This document shows positions 8,028 through 15,232 of a DNA stretch of 24,309 bases, piece after piece. Within the stretch, counting starts at the first letter, position 1. The number at the start of each line of letters is the position of its first letter. The notes beneath the pieces were generated by a model that was not told the DNA's origin, did not search any database, and saw only the letters and a program-made list of their open reading frames with translations. The position numbers and the translations under genes were made by a program. Source of the DNA: Chloroflexota bacterium (GTDB lineage: Bacteria; Chloroflexota; Dehalococcoidia; SZUA-161); contig QIGA01000267.1 in NCBI GenBank assembly GCA_003229915.1, forward strand, positions 1-24,309, given 5' to 3'.

Positions 8028-8057
8028 CTTGACAAGATCATTATCAACAGTTATAAT
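8028..8057 (+). promoter_or_regulatory. Consensus sigma70 promoter of dnaJ-hspR-clp with an overlapping HAIR-like inverted repeat
   Basis: TTGACA (8029-8034) - 17 nt - TATAAT (8052-8057). CTTGACA-N7-TATCAAC (8028-8048) has the TTGA..TCAA core and 7-7-7 spacing of the HspR HAIR motif CTTGAGT-N7-ACTCAAG. Confidence 0.8.
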
Positions 8058-8078
8058 GCAGCGCAGGAGGCTCAGGAT

Positions 8079-9059
8079 ATGGCGGGGAAGAATTACTATG
8101 ACATTTTAGGGGTGGGCAAGACAGCCACCGCCAAGGAGATAAAGCAGGCTTATCGCAAGCTGGCCCGAAAATACCATCCTGACGTTAACACCGGCGATAA
8201 ATCGGCCGAGGCCAAGTTTAAGGAGATTAACGGGGCCCATGAGGTGCTCTCTGACCCGGAGAAGCGCAAGAAATATGACCAGTTTGGCGATAAGTGGCAA
8301 TACGCTGACCAGTTCGCCCAGACTGGAGGGCGGCAGCCTTCTCGGGATTTTTCCAGGGGAGGCACCAGGACCACATCCCATTTTGAAGATATCGGTGACA
8401 TCGGTGGTGGAGGGTTTGGTGACATCTTCGACTCGATACTGGGCGGTTTCGGGGGCAGGAGAGCGCGCCGCCCGCAGCGAGGTCGGGACTTCGAGTATCC
8501 CGTCGAGGTGTCTTTGGAGGAGGCTTATCACGGGGCGGCCAGGGTGCTGGAAACTCAGACAGAGGAACCCTGCTCGAGCTGCAAAGGAGATGGTTGTCCG
8601 TCCTGCGGTGGCGTGGGGAGGATAATTCGACCAAAGCGCCTTGAGGTGAGGATTCCGCCTGGCGTAAAAGGTGGTTCCAGGGTCAGGATAGCCGGCAAGG
8701 GCAGCCCGGGATATGGTGGAGGCACAGCGGGCGATATCTTTCTTCTGATCTCCGTCAAGCCTGACAAACGTTTCCAGAGGACGGGGGACGACCTGCATGT
8801 GGAGGTGCCGGTGCCTCTGCTAGACGCCATTCTTGGCGGCGAGGTCCAGGTGCCCACCATCGGCGGGAAAAAGCTCGCTCTCAAGATTCCGCCTGAGACC
8901 CAGAATGGAAAGGTATTTCGCCTGTCAGGGCAAGGGATGCCTAAGCTTGGCGGTAATGGCAAGGGAGATCTCCTGGCGAAGGTCAACATTGTCCTGCCCA
9001 CTAAGTTGTCTGAGCGGGAAAAGGAACTTTTCCAGGAGTTAAAGGCTATTCACGCCTGA
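8079..9059 (+). CDS. DnaJ/CbpA-like co-chaperone: J domain, G/F-rich region, reduced Zn finger, C-terminal domain
   Basis: KNYYDILGV, RKLARKYHPD, FKEINGAHEVLSDPEKRKKYD, CSSCKGDGCPSCGGVG, GDDL, LSGQGMP, GDLL. SD CAGGAGG supports ATG 8079. Confidence 0.93.
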   Translation: MAGKNYYDILGVGKTATAKEIKQAYRKLARKYHPDVNTGDKSAEAKFKEINGAHEVLSDPEKRKKYDQFGDKWQYADQFAQTGGRQPSRDFSRGGTRTTSHFEDIGDIGGGGFGDIFDSILGGFGGRRARRPQRGRDFEYPVEVSLEEAYHGAARVLETQTEEPCSSCKGDGCPSCGGVGRIIRPKRLEVRIPPGVKGGSRVRIAGKGSPGYGGGTAGDIFLLISVKPDKRFQRTGDDLHVEVPVPLLDAILGGEVQVPTIGGKKLALKIPPETQNGKVFRLSGQGMPKLGGNGKGDLLAKVNIVLPTKLSEREKELFQELKAIHA

Positions 9060-9096
9060 ACCTTCTTCAGGCACGAGTCGATTATGGAGGTGACAA

Positions 9097-9402
9097 ATGA
9101 TGGAATACGAGGATTCTGATCCTCGTTATGTGATAAGTGTGGCAGCGAGGATGCTTGGCGTGCACGCCCAAACTCTGAGATACTACGAGCGCGCAGGCAT
9201 GATCGAGCCGTCTCGGTCCAGAGGTAACCGCAGGCTCTACTCGATGGAAGACATGGAGAGGCTGCGCAGGATAAAGACCCTGATAGACGACCTTGGGGTT
9301 AACCTGGCTGGGGTGGAGGTTATCATGAGGATGGGCGAGCGCATGGCTGAGATGGAGAGGTGGATGCGGGTGATGGAGCTGGAGATAAGACGCCTTACCT
9401 AG
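9097..9402 (+). CDS. hspR: MerR-family heat-shock repressor HspR
   Basis: [41 protein letters not shown]...[15 protein letters not shown]. Located between the dnaJ-like gene and the Clp ATPase. Confidence 0.9.
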   Translation: MMEYEDSDPRYVISVAARMLGVHAQTLRYYERAGMIEPSRSRGNRRLYSMEDMERLRRIKTLIDDLGVNLAGVEVIMRMGERMAEMERWMRVMELEIRRLT

Positions 9403-9429
9403 CCATTGATTGACAGAAGGAGTTTGGCC

Positions 9430-11856
9430 ATGATGAAGCCACCTAAATTCACAGAACAGGCGCAAGAGGTGCTCGCAGCCTCTCAGGAGCTGGTTCGGCA
9501 CTTTCGCCATAGTCAGTGGGATGTGGAGCACATACTTCTGGCGCTGCTCCAGCAAGAGGGTGGTGTCACTGCTGAGATACTGAGAGAAGTGGGTGTGGAA
9601 ATCGAGCCATTGCAAGAGAGGGTGATGCAGGCTCTGCAACGCACTCCCATGGCAACCTATGAAGTGGGGCAGATTTATCCTACTCCCCGGATCGAAAGCT
9701 TGCTTCGTGCCGCCTCAAACGAGGCCGGAAGGTTCAGAGATGAGTTTGTGGGCAGCGAACACTTGCTCATTGCTATCGCTTTGGAGAGGGGAGGCGAGGG
9801 GGCCGGTATCTTGAAAGAGTTCGGCATAGATCAGGAGAAGATATACGGTGCCCTCCAGAACATCAGGGGAGATCAGCGTATCACTGACTCCAGGGCAGAA
9901 TCCAAGTATCGCGCACTGGAGAAATACAGCCGTGATCTGACGGCGCTCGCCAGAGAAGGGAAGCTGGACCCGGTAATAGGGCGTGATGAGGAGATAAGGC
10001 GGGTAATCCAGGTGCTTACACGTCGCACCAAGAACAACCCGGTGATAATCGGTGAGGTTGGCGTGGGCAAGACGGCCATTGCTGAGGGCCTGGCGCAAAG
10101 GATCGTAGCTGGCGATGTGCCTGACTCTCTGAAAGGGCGGAGGGTTATCGCTCTCGATATGGGCGCCCTGGTTGCCGGCAGCAAGTTCCGTGGAGAATTC
10201 GAGGAACGGCTCAAAGCGGTTATGGACGAAATCCGACGTGCTCAGGGCGAGATCGTGCTCTTCATCGATGAGCTTCATACAGTAGTTGGGGCTGGCGCTG
10301 CTGAGGGGTCTATCGATGCCTCCAATATGCTTAAACCTGCGCTGGCTCGAGGTGAGCTTCAGTGTGTTGGCGCTACCACGCTCGACGAGTATCGGGAGCA
10401 TGTGGAGAAAGACCGTGCTCTGGAGAGGAGATTTCAACCTGTATTTGTGGACGAGCCCAGCGTGGATGACACCATCGAGATGCTGAGGGGGCTCAGACCA
10501 CGATATGAAGCCCATCACAAGATACAGATCGAAGATGCGGCCCTGGTGGCCGCTGCCAAGCTCAGCCAGCGCTATATCTCTGATCGCTATCTCCCAGATA
10601 AGGCCATTGACCTCATAGACGAAGCTGCATCCAAGATAAGGATCGATGCCGAGAGCGCTCCTGCTGAGGTCAAGGAGCTGGAGCAGAGGCTTCAGCAAAT
10701 AGCTAATGAAGAGGAAGCAGCCTCCCAGCGCGGTGACTTCGAGCGGGCGGCTACGCTTAAAGCTCAGCGTCTTGGCCTGGAAAAGGAGTACAGTAAGGCA
10801 AGGGATAAGTGGCTTAAGGAAAAAAAGGTTGAAGAGGTGGTCGGCGAGGAGACCATCGCTGAGCTTGTCTCCAAGTGGACCGGCATACCCGTAAGCCGCA
10901 TGCTTGAGGAAGAGATGGGGAAGCTGGCTTATATGGAGGAGGAATTGCACCGGAGGGTGATTGGCCAGGACGAGGCCATAGAAGCTGTTTCCGATGCCAT
11001 CCGGAGAGCACGGGCAGGGCTGAAGGACCCCAAGAGACCTATCGGTAACTTTATCTTCCTCGGGCCTACTGGCGTTGGTAAGACGGAGCTTGCCCGGACG
11101 CTTGCTGAGTTCCTCTTCGATGAGGAAGAGGCGATGGTGAGGCTCGATATGTCGGAGTACATGGAGAAGCATACCGTGTCCCGTCTCATCGGTGCGCCGC
11201 CAGGATACATTGGCTATGAAGAGGGGGGACAGCTCACCGAGGCTGTGCGTCGCCGCCCCTACAAGGTTATCCTGTTCGACGAGATTGAGAAGGCTCACCC
11301 CGATGTGTTAAACATACTGCTGCAAATACTGGAAGACGGCCGGCTGACCGATGGTCATGGCCGGACTGTTGATTTCAAGAATACTGTGGTCATCATGACC
11401 TCGAATTTGGGCAGCCAGGAGCTTCAGCGCGGTTCCCTTGGCTTTCGCCACGAGGCGCAGTCGAAGACCGAGCAGAAACGGCTCCAGAGTTCCATCGAGA
11501 GTGCCCTGAAGCAGGCTTTCCGTCCTGAGTTCCTCAATCGCATTGATGAGGTCATAATCTTTCAGCCTCTTACGGAGGAGCAGATAAGGGAGATCGTTGA
11601 CTTCATGATGAAAGAGGTGCAGGCGAGAATCGAGGATCGGAAGATAATCGTGGTCTTAACTGAGGATGCCAAGTCCTGGCTGGCTAAAGAGGGCTTCGAT
11701 CCCATGTTCGGCGCTCGTCCCTTGAGGCGGACCATCCAGCGTGAGGTGGAGAATCCCCTGTCCAAGAAGATAATCCTGGGTGAGTTCAAGGAAGGGGACA
11801 AGGTACTGGTCGATTCCAGCCCCGAGGGACTGGTATTCAGCACGGGCGATGGGTGA
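9430..11856 (+). CDS. clpC: Hsp100/Clp ATPase with two AAA+ modules, ClpC-type architecture
   Basis: Clp_N repeats, Walker A GEVGVGKT and GPTGVGKT, short UVR-like middle domain ([26 protein letters not shown]), putative ClpP-docking loop LGF (RGSLGFRHE), about 808 aa. SD AGAAGGAG. Confidence 0.85.
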   Translation: MMKPPKFTEQAQEVLAASQELVRHFRHSQWDVEHILLALLQQEGGVTAEILREVGVEIEPLQERVMQALQRTPMATYEVGQIYPTPRIESLLRAASNEAGRFRDEFVGSEHLLIAIALERGGEGAGILKEFGIDQEKIYGALQNIRGDQRITDSRAESKYRALEKYSRDLTALAREGKLDPVIGRDEEIRRVIQVLTRRTKNNPVIIGEVGVGKTAIAEGLAQRIVAGDVPDSLKGRRVIALDMGALVAGSKFRGEFEERLKAVMDEIRRAQGEIVLFIDELHTVVGAGAAEGSIDASNMLKPALARGELQCVGATTLDEYREHVEKDRALERRFQPVFVDEPSVDDTIEMLRGLRPRYEAHHKIQIEDAALVAAAKLSQRYISDRYLPDKAIDLIDEAASKIRIDAESAPAEVKELEQRLQQIANEEEAASQRGDFERAATLKAQRLGLEKEYSKARDKWLKEKKVEEVVGEETIAELVSKWTGIPVSRMLEEEMGKLAYMEEELHRRVIGQDEAIEAVSDAIRRARAGLKDPKRPIGNFIFLGPTGVGKTELARTLAEFLFDEEEAMVRLDMSEYMEKHTVSRLIGAPPGYIGYEEGGQLTEAVRRRPYKVILFDEIEKAHPDVLNILLQILEDGRLTDGHGRTVDFKNTVVIMTSNLGSQELQRGSLGFRHEAQSKTEQKRLQSSIESALKQAFRPEFLNRIDEVIIFQPLTEEQIREIVDFMMKEVQARIEDRKIIVVLTEDAKSWLAKEGFDPMFGARPLRRTIQREVENPLSKKIILGEFKEGDKVLVDSSPEGLVFSTGDG

Positions 11857-11935
11857 GAATCTCGGGTCGATCCCCGCGGGCCCTCCGAACACCCAAAAAT
11901 AGTGATCAGAACGCCAGGCAGTCGCTACATCTCAA

Positions 11936-12035
11936 TGTCTTTGCGAGGCACCCTGAGTCAGTCGAAGCGGTGCCGAAGCAATCTTGAATGTATTTATGAT
12001 GAGATTGAGATTGCTTCGCTACGCTCGCAATGACA
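11936..12035. repeat. Composite nested palindromic element (CGTC/'GTCATTGCGAG' type, MITE-like)
   Basis: Outer arms tgtctttgcgag (11936-11947) / ctcgcaatgaca (12024-12035), one mismatch. Inner arms cgaagcaatct (11974-11984) / agattgcttcg (12008-12018). Also ggcacc/ggtgcc (11947-11952/11969-11974). Confidence 0.85.
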
Positions 12036-12088
12036 CCCAAAGCTCTGATTCTTAAAGCCAATCGCTATTTCGGGGGAGCAGGTTTAGC

Positions 12089-12117
12089 TTGACAGGGGGA
12101 GTTGGAGTTGGTAGAAT
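12089..12117 (+). promoter_or_regulatory. sigma70 promoter of rplU-rpmA-rpmE
   Basis: TTGACA (12089-12094) - 17 nt - TAGAAT (12112-12117), with TG extended -10. Confidence 0.8.
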
Positions 12118-12147
12118 TTCACGGGAAGTTGATGTTGGAGGTTTGCA

Positions 12148-12474
12148 ATTTACGCAGTAGTTGAAAGCGGAGGCAAGCAGTACAAGGTCTCCCCTGGGCA
12201 GATGATCGATGTGGATAAGCTTATCGTTGAGGGGGACACAGTCGAGTTGGACAGGGTTTACCTTGTCGCTGACGGGGATAAGGTCACTGTGGGCAGTCCG
12301 ACTGTAGATGGAGCCAAGGTTATCGCTGATGTGGTTGAACAGGGCAAAAAAGACAAGATTATTGTGTTCAAGTATAAACCAAAGGTCAGGTACCGGGTCA
12401 AGAAAGGCCATCGCCAGCCGTACACCAGGCTGGCTATCAAAGAGATAGTCATTGGCAAACGGAAGGGGAAATAG
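12148..12474 (+). CDS. rplU: 50S ribosomal protein L21, probable ATT start
   Basis: (M)[24 protein letters not shown]...[31 protein letters not shown]. In-frame TGA at 12130-12132 and no ATG/GTG/TTG before YAVV. SD GGAGG (12137-12141) lies 6 nt before ATT. Confidence 0.95.
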   Translation: MYAVVESGGKQYKVSPGQMIDVDKLIVEGDTVELDRVYLVADGDKVTVGSPTVDGAKVIADVVEQGKKDKIIVFKYKPKVRYRVKKGHRQPYTRLAIKEIVIGKRKGK

Positions 12475-12477
12475 CAA

Positions 12478-12747
12478 ATGGCACATAAGAAAGGCGGCGG
12501 CAGCACACGCTTAGGGCGTGACAGCATATCCAAACGGCTGGGAGTCAAGCGCTACGATGGCCAGATCGTCTGCGCGGGCACGATATTGGTGAGGCAGCGG
12601 GGTACGCGCATTCACCAGGGGAACAACGTAGGTCTGGGGCGGGACTATACGCTATTTGCGCTTGTGGATGGAGTTGTCAAGTATGAGCCGGCCTCAAAGA
12701 ACAGGAGGAAGGTGAGCGTATACACCCGCGGGGAGAAGAAAGCCTGA
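12478..12747 (+). CDS. rpmA: 50S ribosomal protein L27
   Basis: [24 protein letters not shown]...[27 protein letters not shown]. Confidence 0.98.
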   Translation: MAHKKGGGSTRLGRDSISKRLGVKRYDGQIVCAGTILVRQRGTRIHQGNNVGLGRDYTLFALVDGVVKYEPASKNRRKVSVYTRGEKKA

Positions 12748-12953
12748 TGAAGAAGGATATTCACCCGAAGTATGAGCACGCTACGGTAACTTGTGCCTGC
12801 GGCAGTAGCTTTGAAACTTGCTCTACCAGGCCTGTGCTGAAGGTCGAGCTCTGCAGCCAGTGCCATCCCTTCTTCAGCGGAGGCGAGCGCAGGATTGTGG
12901 ATACCCAGGGGCAGGTGGAGCGCTTCAGGCGTAGATACAAGATCAAGGGATAG
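12747..12953 (+). CDS. rpmE: 50S ribosomal protein L31, Zn-binding type
   Basis: [15 protein letters not shown]...[26 protein letters not shown] overlap with rpmA. Confidence 0.97.
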   Translation: MKKDIHPKYEHATVTCACGSSFETCSTRPVLKVELCSQCHPFFSGGERRIVDTQGQVERFRRRYKIKG

Positions 12954-12978
12954 ATAGAGCGAATGCCAGAAATCAGCC

Positions 12979-13007
12979 GGGGCGAGGGACTCTCGCCCCT
13001 TTCGTTT
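12979..13007 (+). terminator. Intrinsic terminator-like hairpin after rpmE
   Basis: GGGGCGAG-ggact-CTCGCCCC followed by TTTCGTTT. Confidence 0.7.
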
Positions 13008-13017
13008 AGGTGGGGCA

Positions 13018-13956
13018 TTGGGTAAGAGATTCCACTATGGCGGCCAGGCCGTCATTGAAGGCGTTATGATGCGCGGTCGCAATAGCACAGCGGTCGCCGT
13101 TCGCCGTCCCAACGGCGAGATCGCTCTTCGTCGTGATCCTCTGGCGACACTGTTCGCAGGACGGATTCGAGATATTCCCCTTCTACGCGGGCCTATAGTC
13201 TTGCTGGAGACACTTGTACTGGGGGTGCGCGCTCTCTTCTACTCAGCATCCGTGTCGCTTGAGGAGGAGGAGCAAACGATCAGCACGGCAATGCTTTGGG
13301 GCATTGTCATTTTGGGGTTTGCGCTGGCTCTAGGGTTGTTTGTGGCCTTGCCTCTATTGATCGTCCACTATATCGATCCCTATATTACCTCCATGGTAAG
13401 CAATATTGTCGATGGGATTATTCGTCTCGTTGTCTTTCTCATCTACCTCAAGGTGCTTGACCTGATGCCCGATATTCGCCGCGTGTGGGCCTATCATGGG
13501 GCCGAGCACAAGACAATCAATGCCTACGAGGCTGGGGAAGACCTGGAGGTGGATAGGATTCGTCCGTATGGAACCGCCCACACGCGTTGTGGGACAGGCT
13601 TTATTCTCATTGTGTTGGTAGTCGCCATCCTCGCTCATGCCTTTTTGGGGCGGCCACCTATGTGGATACGCTTTCTGGAGCGGCTTGCTATTCTCCCTGT
13701 GGTCGGTGCAGTCAGCTACGAATTCATAAAGTTCAGTGCCGATCACATGAAGAGCAGGCTGGTGAAGATCATCCTCATCCCTGGACTCGCTCTCCAGGCG
13801 ATGACCACGCGCGAACCGGACGACAGCCAGCTTGAGGTTGCCATCTCAGCGCTGAAGCGAGTCCTCGCTGATGATGCCGGCTCCCCCGCTGAGCTCGCGG
13901 AAGAAACAGCTTCTGTTACCGGTATGGCAGGCGGGGCCGAGGGCCTCCACCTGTAG
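13018..13956 (+). CDS. DUF1385 family membrane protein (putative metal-dependent enzyme)
   Basis: [59 protein letters not shown] start. Confidence 0.92.
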   Translation: MGKRFHYGGQAVIEGVMMRGRNSTAVAVRRPNGEIALRRDPLATLFAGRIRDIPLLRGPIVLLETLVLGVRALFYSASVSLEEEEQTISTAMLWGIVILGFALALGLFVALPLLIVHYIDPYITSMVSNIVDGIIRLVVFLIYLKVLDLMPDIRRVWAYHGAEHKTINAYEAGEDLEVDRIRPYGTAHTRCGTGFILIVLVVAILAHAFLGRPPMWIRFLERLAILPVVGAVSYEFIKFSADHMKSRLVKIILIPGLALQAMTTREPDDSQLEVAISALKRVLADDAGSPAELAEETASVTGMAGGAEGLHL

Positions 13957-14187
13957 CAGTACGGTATCCTCATCGCAATCGATGAGGACCCTCTTCACGT
14001 TCAGGTAGTTGCCCGAGGTCGCCCCTTTGTGCCACAGCTCCTGACGGCTTCGGCTGTAGAACCACGCCTGACCTGTGGAGAGTGTCTTCTCCAGGGACTC
14101 CTTATTCATGTAGGCCAGCATGAGCACTTCGCCAGTTTGTGCGTCCTGGGCTATGGCCGGGAGCAAACCCTTTTCGTCGAATTTCAT
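13846..14187 (-). CDS. hisI: Phosphoribosyl-AMP cyclohydrolase (no HisE domain)
   Basis: [56 protein letters not shown]. Confidence 0.96.
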   Translation of the reverse strand: MKFDEKGLLPAIAQDAQTGEVLMLAYMNKESLEKTLSTGQAWFYSRSRQELWHKGATSGNYLNVKRVLIDCDEDTVLLQVEALGPACHTGNRSCFFRELSGGAGIISEDSLQR

Positions 14188-14242
14188 TTTCTCTCAACAA
14201 ACCTCCATCAGTTCAACTTTCCTCTTTGCTTTGTGTGATTCT

Positions 14243-14270
14243 CTGGACTCCTGCTTGCGCGGGAGTGACA
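14243..14270 (-). repeat. Short palindromic repeat, 'TGTCATTCCCGCG..GCGGGAATCCAG' type, degenerate
   Basis: Minus strand tgtcactcccgcgcaagcaggagtccag. 8-bp stem at 14247-14254/14259-14266 with one G-T pair. Confidence 0.65.
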
Positions 14271-14280
14271 GGAGGTGCGG

Positions 14281-14991
14281 CTAGACACTCCTTATGGCCT
14301 CTGTCAACTTCACATCACCGGTGTAAATCGCGCGTCCCACGATAGCTCCTTCTACTCCCAGTTTGGCGAGCCTGGTCAGATGCTCTACTGAGCTTATCCC
14401 CCCGGCAGCGATAACGGGGATGCTTACCTGCGAGAGCAGCTCGGCAACCGCTTCGAAGTTAGGGCTGGTGAGCGTGCCGTCACGGCCGATGTCGGTGTAT
14501 ATAAAACGTCTCGCGCCGAGGCCGATCATCCTGGCAGCCAGCTCGCCGGCTGTGGTGCTTGACTGCTGAAGCCAGCCGCGGGTGGCCACCCAGCCGTCGC
14601 GGGCATCTATGCCGATGATGATCTGCTCACCGTACCTACGACATGCTTTGTCAACCAACTCAGGGTTCTCAACTGCCACCGTGCCCAGAATAGCTCTACC
14701 GACTCCCAGATTCAGCAGGTGTTCTATGGTCTCCAGGCTTCGCACGCCGCCGCCTACCTGAACGGGGATATCTACCGCAGTCACTATCTTCTCAATGGCG
14801 TCGAGATTGCGCAGCTCGCCCTTGGCTGCGCCATCAAGGTCCACCAGGTGCAGCCGCCTGGCCCCCTCGGACTGCCAGCGCAGGGCTATCGATACAGGAT
14901 CATCGGAGAAAACCGTCTCCTTCTCATAATCGCCCTGGTAAAGGCGAACACACTTCCCGTTTCTGAGGTCTATGGCTGGTATTATCTCCAT
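14281..14991 (-). CDS. hisA: ProFAR isomerase HisA
   Basis: MEIIPAIDLRNGKCVRLYQGDY, LHLVDLDGA, QVGGGVRS, IYTDIGRDGTL, VIAAGGIS, IVGRAIYTG. Confidence 0.97.
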   Translation of the reverse strand: MEIIPAIDLRNGKCVRLYQGDYEKETVFSDDPVSIALRWQSEGARRLHLVDLDGAAKGELRNLDAIEKIVTAVDIPVQVGGGVRSLETIEHLLNLGVGRAILGTVAVENPELVDKACRRYGEQIIIGIDARDGWVATRGWLQQSSTTAGELAARMIGLGARRFIYTDIGRDGTLTSPNFEAVAELLSQVSIPVIAAGGISSVEHLTRLAKLGVEGAIVGRAIYTGDVKLTEAIRSV

Positions 14992-15122
14992 TGCTTCAGG
15001 TCAGTCCTTCAAGAAACCCAGCTACGTGCTGGTTCATTCTAACATAAGTCTGAACAGGCAACTAGCTCTCAGAATTCAGGGAAGGTGGATGGGGGGAACG
15101 AAGTTTGGCCTATGCTGTAATG

Positions 15123-15181
15123 GTAGCGTTGCCACACCTGTGGCAACGAAGTCTGCGTCGTGACGGGAGTCACGACGCTAC
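15123..15181. repeat. GTAG-tagged REP doublet (REPIN-like)
   Basis: GTAG-cgttgccaca-cc-tgtggcaacg (perfect 10-bp stem), 6-nt spacer, gcgtcgtgac-ggga-gtcacgacgc (perfect 10-bp stem) ending in CTAC. Both halves start GTAGCGT on opposite strands. Confidence 0.85.
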
Positions 15182-15232
15182 ACTTGAACGATATGGATAT
15201 TTGCAGGTGGTAAGAATCTTGGGGTGAGTAGC

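Noticed and set aside
9715-11298. 527-aa antisense ORF inside clpC
   Set aside because: It is codon-aligned with the sense frame, so it only reflects scarce TTA/CTA/TCA codons in a conserved gene. It has no recognisable motifs.
12474-12478. No ysxB/prp gene between rplU and rpmA
   Set aside because: L27 starts directly at MAHKKG with no cleavable extension, so the absence is expected.
14185-14206. Possible frameshift at the hisI start (SD GGAGG 14 nt upstream, with a nearer out-of-frame TTG)
   Set aside because: ATG 14187 already gives a complete HisI starting at the conserved KFDEKGL, so no lesion is needed.
15010-15045. Histidine attenuator upstream of hisA
   Set aside because: A small hairpin and an extended -10-like TGtTAGAAT exist, but there is no His-rich leader peptide or alternative structure.
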